Part shown: positions 54,585 through 64,000 of the stretch, one piece after another
Numbering within the stretch: position 1 is the stretch's first letter
Layout of the letters: each line of letters opens with the position of its first letter
Assembly (NCBI RefSeq): GCF_000181795.1
Contig: NW_003526943.1
Coordinates: 6,007,806-6,071,805 of the forward strand
DNA from: Trichinella spiralis
Taxonomy: Eukaryota
Reading direction: 5' to 3'
DNA length: 64,000 nt
Translations under genes and position numbers: made by a program
Notes under the pieces: generated by a model
What the model was told of the DNA's origin: nothing
The model's input: the letters and a program-made list of their open reading frames with translations, nothing else
The model's database searches: none

Positions 54585-57500
54585 TTAAGACAGCTTTGAA
54601 CTGCTGTCTGAACTACTACTACCAGCAGTAATTTTTTCCAGTGGAACTGACTGTTGCTTCAGTTTATCCCAAATGTATATGCTGAACAGTTTGGAGATTT
54701 TGCTGAACATGCTATCTACATTGACGCATTGGAATGGATTTTCCGGATCTTTCACCATTCCATACGGACAAGCGCAATAATAATTGCCGGGGGTGTTAAC
54801 GCAACCGTGTGAACAGCCACCGTTTCTGTAGCCGCATTCATCAATATCTGAAAACAGACTTTTTTTTATCACGTGAATAAGAAGAATGCGAAAAGTTATA
54901 CAAATAATTACTACCGTAACATTTATTTTTTTTCAACAGATAGCCAGGCGGGCAGAGGTTGCCATGTTTCGGCTTGACACAAGAACATTCTTCTTCCATG
55001 CCTGCTGGTACTGGTGTTATTTTCATTCGAGGTGTAACGGTAATCGAACTAAGGTGATTCATATCGGCCAAATCAGCATTTGTATCCACATCTGCATCCA
55101 TGTTTTCATAAAAGCATCGCCTCTCTTCTCCACTCTCAGATGGAAATTTACACGTACAATTACAAGTTGGTACGACAGAGACGTTCGATTGAGGCAATGA
55201 CTGAATAAGTTTATGCCAGTTTGTGCAATCATCTACTTTTTTGTCGTTTTCTGTTTTGGGATTCGACTGCATCGCTTCCTCGTCTTTTCGTTGGACAAGT
55301 TGAAGAGGAGAAACTTTATGATGATTGTCAGCAATTGGTCGTATCAATTTTTCTGCTAATGACAGTTCATTGGCATTGTCTGTTGCATCCCATGGATTTT
55401 TACTTTCACGAACAGCAGCACTTGGATCTTTTTCATCCATTTTGCCATGCAAACGAATGTATGGTCGGTTTCTGTTAAATAAATCAGAAACTGCAGTTGG
55501 TGATACTGTAGTGGTTCCTTTTCTCAGATGCCATCCTGCACTTGTTGATGGATAATCTGTTGTGCAAGAGTAAAAGATGTGAAAAGATTTTAATACACAA
55601 ATGCAGTTTCTCAATTACCATATTCTTCTTCTTTGCTCATTTCACTTTCAGCATTGGTGTCAGAGGTTGATAAATAAATAGGTATTGGAGTGTAATCATT
55701 GAAATTTTGCTCTGCTTCGGGAGCAATGGTTGAATAGAAAGGAATTTTTCCTAACACGACAATATTAAAAATATACCAATTAACCTGTGCTTTCTTACTG
55801 TTCAACTGAACAACAACATTTAATCATTTAATTACCCCTGTTTTTCGAAGTTTTTGTACGAACGCAATTTGATAACGGACCAAGGCCGTATATATTTCTA
55901 GCGCGCATGCAAGCTGCGAACGGTTTGTCCGATTTTGCTTTTACGATAGATGATGAATCGCCGCTGCTAGAAGGCAAAACTGCAGTAGTATCCCAAAAGT
56001 TCAAAGGCTTTCCAGGATCGTCGGTATGGAAAATGATGAAATCCTATAAATCACAATTGCAATTTATTGTGTAAATTAATTGCGCTTGTTGAATGCAATA
56101 ACTTTCTTTTGGATGCTGTCTCTTTTAAAATATTTTTACCAATAAATTTCTTCACTTTATATTTTTCATTAAAAGTATAATAAAAATTGTTATATCCATG
56201 ATTGTTTTCATTGTTTATACTATATACAAATATAGGAAAATGTACATAAAACACTTACTTCGTTTGAATCAATAAACCTATCTGGCAATTTCCACTTGAC
56301 TTCCATATTTTCTGCAGTCAGAGGTTTAATGCTTTTTATAAAAGGGACTACTCTTGGCTCTGAATCAATAATATATCAGTTAAATTATAATAGTCTTTAA
56401 TAAAATAAATTTACTATGTTTTGAAAAAGAACTCTGATCGATTGGCTCTTTATAATTTGGAACTACAAATAAGAATTGTCAGATAAATCAAATAAAAATA
56501 AAACTTATAAAACAAACACTATACCAAACTGTTCAAACTCATATTGTCTGATTTTTCGTCTTGGAACATGAACTAAAATTAACATTTCCACATATATATA
56601 TATATATATATATATATCAATTTATAACAAAGCAATCAACAAGCATATAACAAACAAACAAATAAAAAAAATACTAACCATATGGCGTAGCTACAATACA
56701 ATTCGAAAACGGGCCAAAACCATGCGCATTTCGAATACGCCCACAGATTGTGTAAGTGCGTCCAGTACGTGGAAAACGAATTTTTGATTCACCATCAACT
56801 AGAGAGTTTGCAGTCACATGAGGCCATGTTTCCTTCGACTTAGATGGATCATCACTGTAATATAACAGGAGATCCTAAAAATACAAATTACACTTCCGTG
56901 CCCAGCAAAGCTGCATATGAACTTACTGAACTGGAAGAAGTTTTCGATTCAGGAACTTCCCAGTAAACTGTTGCTCTGTCAGGCGCAGTCATTTCAGCAA
57001 AAAGAATATCTGGTGCCCAACTTGGAGGGTAGTTATTCTCTTCTGATGTAATTGTTCCACTGAGAAGATTATTCAAGTTTTTAAACGGAGTATTATTGGA
57101 AGGATCTTCCATTGTATAACCATTTACAGTTGTGTAATATTCAGCATCTAAATTTGAAAATGCGCTAAAAACATATTAAACAGAAAAATCACATCGTTCA
57201 TATTTGTTCACCATTATTAAATGGTTTTGTCAGCATGCAATTTGATAAACGTCCAGAACCATGCTGATTGCGAAATTGCAAGCATATATGATAAGGAATA
57301 CTTGTATCCGGAACATGGAGTACTTCTTTCCTATCTTGGTTAGAGCGTACCGCCTGAGCTTTCCATTTATCTTTGGCTTTCTCTGGATCAGAGCTGTACA
57401 AAATCATTAAATCCTGAACAAATTTTAATAAAGTATTCATTCTGTTGTAAAAAAGAAAATTTTAAACGTCTACTGATCGTGGCATATGCCGCCCACGTGG

Positions 57501-60500
57501 AACAATCCATTCAACATCTATTGCATTGTAATCAGTTGGTTTTGCTGATATTAAAACCGGTGTCCATTTTGGCACGTGTGCTTTTTTAACTGCTATAAAT
57601 ATAAAATGACTCAATTTAATCAAGTTTGTTTTTAACATTTACTTGTCTGGCTTGGTCGAGATAAGCGATTACGCATCCAAAGTTTCGGTTTGGACAATGG
57701 GCCTTCACCATTTGAATTACTAGCACTCATCCAAACAGTGTAAGGTAAAGCATTATTCGTTTCATAGTTAAATTTGCTCTCACTAGCTGGCACCCGAAAT
57801 CGCTTTACATCTGCTGGCATTTTGTCGTGCTTTCCTTCAGATAGCCAGATAGAATAATCCTAAATAGTTAAGAAAGTAAACTACGCAAAAGTAGTAATAT
57901 TATTTTCACTTACTGTTATTTCAGGAGATGATTTTTCTGGTTTCCAGTAAACACTAAAACCCCCATTATTTCCTTTAGGAGTTAACTGAAAATCTACAAA
58001 ACCAGGCGTCGTTTCATCATCGCCCTGCCATATTGATGGAGTGTCAGTCATCAATGTAGTGGGTCCACTATACGATGGGTCGAATGGAGATAGACGCTTC
58101 AATTCAGTAGGTTCATTAATAACGATTGGCCTTTTTTGAAGGTCAAAATCAGATGTAGAATAAACAATCCCTACATCATTTTCAGCTAATGTTGGAGTAG
58201 TAATTTGCAGAGACGTCATATGAGGAAGATTCGGATGCACAGTTATGTCTTCATTATTTGAGGCAGAAGATTGCTTATTGAGCAGAGTCGTATTTGTGCT
58301 TTCATCAGTTTCACTTAAAGTGTGAGCTTCTTCTTCTTCGTCGGTTCTTCCAAATTCTTCTTCAGGTTGAAATTCAGAACTTTTATTATGAGGTAACTCA
58401 CTGTTTAAGTTGACATCTGTTGTTTCACCAAATAATAAACTTCGAGTAACAGGCATTAAAGTGGTGTGGAATATTTCAAGGTTCTTATTTTCTTCAGGAA
58501 TGTTTTCATCTTCATTCGTATGCTTTGGTTTTTCTTCTGTAGCCTTCTTTAAATTTGAATCTGATATCACTGGCTTTTCTGTTTCATACGTGGTAGCTGG
58601 ACCATGCAAGCTAACATTCTTTGAAGGCGTTTCAGGAAGTGATTGCCACAATTTTTCTGCTTTGTCGTCATCCACGCTGCTGGACTGTGGTCTCTTCTTT
58701 GAGGGTTTTTCAGACATTTTTCCTTTATGATAAGCACTTTTTCCATTTGTTTGCTTTTTGTCAGAAAATGATGAATCATCTGTTTTTCCATCACCATTTG
58801 TTTCAGCATCATCATCTGTTATTGTTTCATATGAAAATTTATCCTCCGGTTCATTATCATCTTCTACTCCATCAACGGTTGCATTTGACTGAAATTCTGT
58901 TGTGGCATTTGGCACTGTTAATTTTGAACTATTTGAAAATTCAAAAAATAGCAATTCTTTCGGATGAACAGTATCTTCTGTCTCAGTTTTGGGGTCAGCA
59001 GAAAAACCAGTAACCTGCACAGGTAAATCAGTACTCTGACGCAAACTTCCAGTGGGATCTGTTTGAAATGTAATTGCATCTGATAATGTAGTTTCACCAT
59101 ATTCGTTTACAGCAGCCAAAGTGACTGTGTAACTGCTTTCTGGTGACAATTCTAATGTATGCGAATTGTCCTCATCTAATTCACTCGACTGCATCTTCTT
59201 CCCTGTTGTTAAATCTGTCGTGTATACGACGACTTTTGTATCTGTCTCATCCCAATCCGAAGGTCTATCCCAAGTCAAGGTTGCCAAGCGATCAGTCACT
59301 TTTTCAAGTCGAAAATTTGCTGGCTTCGAAGGTGGATCAAATGTAGAATTTACAAAACTCACAGTCGATGTTCTTCCTGTTCCACCGTTTGCAAACACTG
59401 GCTTAACCTTGATAGCGTAATTTGCTTTAGGCAAAGCGGCATTCATCAATTTGAATTCAGTTTTGTCCATAGGTGAATACAAAACAACAACGTACCATTT
59501 ATTTACAGGATCGTCAGGATTTTGGGTGTAATAAATGTAATATTTCTTAAAATAAAAATTTTGTAAATTTAAAACAATCTGTCAATATAAATAGGATCAT
59601 TACTGCTAGATTTATTTTAACTAATATGCTAACTTTAGAGATTATGTTCATGACTTTTTAATCATAAAACTTTTACATTTTTGTGCAATAGCAATGGAAC
59701 TTACTTTTACTGCAGAATTTTCAGACATGTTCCACTTCAAGTATATGGAAGAATTTTTTATAATTGCTTGTACATTTTCTGGTTGAATATCTTCTTGATT
59801 TTCACAGAATAATGGAAGTTCAGAAGATTTTGTTCCTTCAATTTCATCACCAGTTTCTTCATCAACACACCAACATTCGTTTCCATCATTTGAACACTGA
59901 AGGGGTTCATAAAATCCGTCTTCAGTGCATCTAGGCTTGTAAAAATCCACTGAGGGATCATTTTGGTAGGCAGATAAGACGTCATCCAACTGCTGAATGC
60001 ATCCTTAAATTAAAATGAATGTTTGAATTACTTAATTCATTTGAACATAAATCATCTAATTCTGTTGTTCAAAAATTTCTAAAAAGCAGGATAAGCATAA
60101 TGGACATTCCAAATAAAGATTTACGTGAAAATATCAAACCTGACTATATAATCTAAAAACACATAAAATTAATAATTGCAGTGTTATGCAATACAGTTAT
60201 TTAAAATTACACATATAAACATGGATTAATTATATATTTATAATTTACCTTTGCAAACAGGAAGTTCTTCTGAAATGCTTTTCTTCGTCCCAGCAATTTC
60301 TTTTCCAGTATCACTATCCACACACCAGCATTCACCAGCATGCTGATGACACTGCAGGGAATCAAAATCACCATTTTCATCACATTCTGGCAAATATGCT
60401 TCTACATTTTTTTGTAAAAAATGTTCACGTCGCATTTTATGACAAAGCGTTTCGCTGCAACTATCCATACAATCCAATCTGTTTTGAAACTCAAAACTGT

Positions 60501-63500
60501 TAGAATCACATCCGCTTCTTTTTTGTAAAACACATTCGTGTACTGTTGGGTCGAAATACCATCCCTCGTTCGTACCGCTGCATTTCAGTTGCTCAGAAGG
60601 TAATGTACATGCTTCATCATTATCCTTTACTTGTTCAGGAAGGACAGATGCTGCCATAATCGGAAAACATGTTTTTAAATCAGGATTCAAAGTGTATCCG
60701 GCAAAGCATTCGCATTTCACTGAATGTAACTCATTCTCTAAATTGCCATATGTCCTACAAGTGTGTTCACACCCTGCCAATTTGCAGTTCTCTATGAAAT
60801 AAAAAGCATTCTTAGTTAAAAGCACTGCGCTTTTACACAGTTTTCAACATACCATCAAGTGCAGGCGAAGTAACATTATATACATCACTGAGCAATTGTT
60901 GAATGCCATTTTTCATTGAAACAAACTTCACATAGTAAGTTTTATTCGGAGATATATTTGGCACTGATTCAACAACATTTTGCTTATCCAGAGATAAAGG
61001 AACACTGAACCATGATTCCATCGGTTTGTTTAAATCATCTGTCAACACTACATGTAAAGTCTAGAAATATTTCAGTCAGAAAATGTCGAAAAACCCAGTA
61101 ATTAAAGCTTTACAGTCAAATTGCTTGTTGGTAATTTGAAATCGGAAATTTTCAAGTCCATTTTGCCATTACTTTGTTTAAACTGAATGCTTTCAGGAAG
61201 CTCTGCAAACACAAAGTATTAAGTGTATTGCAGTATACCATAATAAATTGAAGATTGTTGTAGGTTGTAAGCTTAACACGTATTATTCTATTTCAAAAAT
61301 ATTTGATAAAGTGACTGCATCTAAGTCTCAAAATTTATTTTTCATATTATACTTGAAAACAACAATGCATCCGCTTTCGTTGTAAGTTTAGTAAAAATGC
61401 ATGCACATCATGCCTATCGTATAATAAGATAGATAAAATTAAATAAACCCTGACTTTTATATCTTAACCAGTGCATTGAAAAATGAATAAAAATATTTAA
61501 AAAATGTGTTAATATGATGCTATAGATAACATGCTTAAATTTTATCTTGTGAAATTTTAAATAAAACAGAATATATGCATATTTTATATAATACCAGCTT
61601 GATTTTTAAATAAGAAAATCTTTAAAAATATAAACTTTTATAAACTTACTTGGAATGTCGATTCTTGATATTGGATATTTTATCTGAAAACCGTCTGATT
61701 GGAAAGACTGCAACTGATAATATACATGTGATCCAGGTTCAAAAGAATTTAACGGAAGTACTCTTTCAACTGGATCAATATCTACTGAATCCCATAATTC
61801 TAAGGGAGTTTGTGCATTCATTGATGTATATAAATTATGTTGCTGTAATACACAACTATTATTTATTAAAACAAACAACACGCATAATTCATACTAAAGA
61901 TTCATCAGGGTCCAAATAAGACCATCTTGCATAGAAGTTACCATTATCGAAAATTATTGCCGGTTTTCCATTTTCCGTAAGCACATCTAAATTCATATGT
62001 GCATTACAAAGTCAATTACAATTACAAATTCAATTACAATTACAATTACAAAGCCATTACAAACACAAAGCAGTTTACCTGATGGAATTACTGTTAATAC
62101 TTCATATGCAACACCAGCGTCATTGACAGCAGTGCATTCCAAAGTAATTTTATCTTTCACATTCTTCAGCTCATATTCGACTTCACTTAGCAGTGGCTCA
62201 TTCAAAATTATATCGTCTGTCTGTAATGTCACAGAAGGAGTAGGTTCTCCAATGCCAAGGCAATGAACAACAGCACTTCCGCCAAATGGAACTTCCACCT
62301 CTGATTCTGGTATTGTCTTTGCAAGAATACTATTTTCTGCTAAAGAAATTTGTCTTAAGCTGAAATTCAAGATAACTCTGCAACAGTTTACTGTTCAAAG
62401 ATGTCATAACTTCAGCAATTTCACTTAACGGTCCCATTCCGTTATCAGTCAAAGCTCGTATGCGAATAAAATAAAGAGTGTCTGGAGCGAGATCTTCTAA
62501 ACTTACAGAGTAATTTTTCTGTTCGATATAATATGCAGGCTCCACAAGCTGATACCACATTTTAAGAGGTATGCCACTGTCATTAGTGAAATGAACAACA
62601 AATGCCTTAAAGCTATTTATTAAATTAAAATAATTATATTCCATTAAAATATGTCGAACCTGCAAAGTATCGTCTGGAGATTCAGACTGCCACGAAACAT
62701 TCACCGTAGTACCTTTAGCTTGTGCACGTACATTAACAGGAAGATTGGTTTTATCTCAAGGAAAAAATTTCTAATATTAAAATTGTTTATTAGGAATACA
62801 AACGCTTACCGTTAATAATCACGGCTACTTTAACGGACGAAGAGCCAAGCTTGTTGAACGCAATGCACTCATATTCAGTCGACTCTTGTGGTTCTTCGCT
62901 GAGCATAACTGCATTCTCAATATTTGTTATCCGTTCACCTCCTCTGTACCAACTGACCTTTGGGGGCGGTACACCTTGGGCAGTACAATTAATGTTAATT
63001 TCTTCTCCAGGTTGAAGAAAATACTCATGCAATGCTGGATCGATAGAAACAACCGGCTTGAATTCTAAAATCTATGCTGAAGTTCAATAAAATGACCACG
63101 TAGTTAAAAATTTGCCTTTTGGATGCAAAGTAACACGAATTGGTTCTGAAAACGGGCTTATGCCATTTTCACCAACAGCTGCTAATTTTACTAAATATGA
63201 CTTTTCCGGCAATAAGTCATTGATTTGATACTGCCTTCGATGGCCGGGAACTTTGATGCTATTCCATTTTCTTGGTTCAGTTTCACTTTCATGAGCATAA
63301 CTAATATTGTAATACTAAAACAGGTATCTCAAAAATCAGTTAAAGATATATGAATAAATATGATAAATTTACTTTAATCTTCCCAGTTTTATGCTTTGGC
63401 TCATTCCATCGTAACAGCACTTTATTTCCAATTACTGAATGTCGAATGTTGTCAGGTGGCGATCCAGCACCTCAAAAACGAAATTTTTTAAATTTTAGAC

Positions 63501-63900
63501 AAAAACTCTAAATTGATGTATAATTTTATATAAATGATCGCACAATGTAATATAATATAAAATGCACTACAGCTGAATCAATATTTTATTCAAAATTATT
63601 AAACATCATTTACCTAATACCACCAAAGTTATTGTCTTAAAAGCTTTGCCAACATCATTTTCTGCTTCGCATTTAAGCAGTACGTTTTCTGTCAACTCCC
63701 CAACAGTTAGCACAAAACTTGGATCATCCAGTTCCAAATCATCTGCTGACATTTTCCATGATTTCATTTTCTGACCATTTTTATACCATATAACCAGTGG
63801 TGGCGGATTTCCAGTAGCGATGCACGTAATTTCATGAATGCTTCCTAATTCCACTTGCAATACCTCACCTTCTGGTTCAATGATAACTTCCGGAGCTAAT
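54585..63900 (-). CDS. Large extracellular mosaic protein (Ig, FN3, EGF, Kunitz, two thyroglobulin type-1, S/T/D/E-rich spacer, C-terminal Ca-binding EGF); 5' end beyond window
   Basis: Ig: [19 protein letters not shown]...[26 protein letters not shown]...CIAFNKLG; many FN3 repeats ([44 protein letters not shown]); EGF CEHTC...[16 protein letters not shown]; six-Cys Kunitz CTLP...WYFD...C; two QC...CWCVD modules; [30 protein letters not shown]. Confidence 0.85.
56592..56616. repeat. (TA)n microsatellite in an intron
   Basis: atatatatatatatatatatatata seen directly. Confidence 0.9.
62013..62050. repeat. Imperfect (AATTAC)n hexamer repeat in an intron
   Basis: caattacaattacaaattcaattacaattacaattaca. 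Confidence 0.75.
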
Positions 63901-64000
63901 TTTAAATAGTGTACATGTAATTTGAAAATGTGAAAGAAATTTTATAGAGTAAAATAATAAGTAAATTAAAGAGCGCAAGCATATACCAAGTTGAACAGTT

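Overview
AT-rich eukaryotic genomic DNA with short GT-AG introns, most consistent with a clade I nematode such as Trichinella (inferred from protein sequences, intron style and gene density; not verified). Fourteen protein-coding genes can be reconstructed by hand, in order: POLQ helicase part (-, runs off the left edge), gamma-glutamyl transpeptidase (+), CIR1 (-), an intronless melanotransferrin-like gene (+) nested antisense in a CIR1 intron, DNTTIP1 (+), a compact C2CD3-like gene (-), TEX10/IPI1 (+), a Patched-related gene (-), RMI2 (-), UFC1 (+), ORC2, TMEM209 and COPZ1 (all -, arranged like a nematode operon), and MTMR6/mtm-6 (+). A further large extracellular Ig/FN3/EGF/Kunitz/thyroglobulin gene (-) runs off the right edge, and there is a decayed gag-like retroelement remnant. 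The strongest finding is the transferrin-family gene: it appears to lack the canonical iron ligands, its last codons are the antisense of the CIR1 splice donor, and its predicted 3' UTR covers a whole CIR1 coding exon. Other highlights are the candidate COPZ1-TMEM209-ORC2 operon, a UFC1 with TPK instead of TAK, a canonical RMI2 and a minimal C2CD3. Homology calls rest on motifs recalled from memory; no database search was run.
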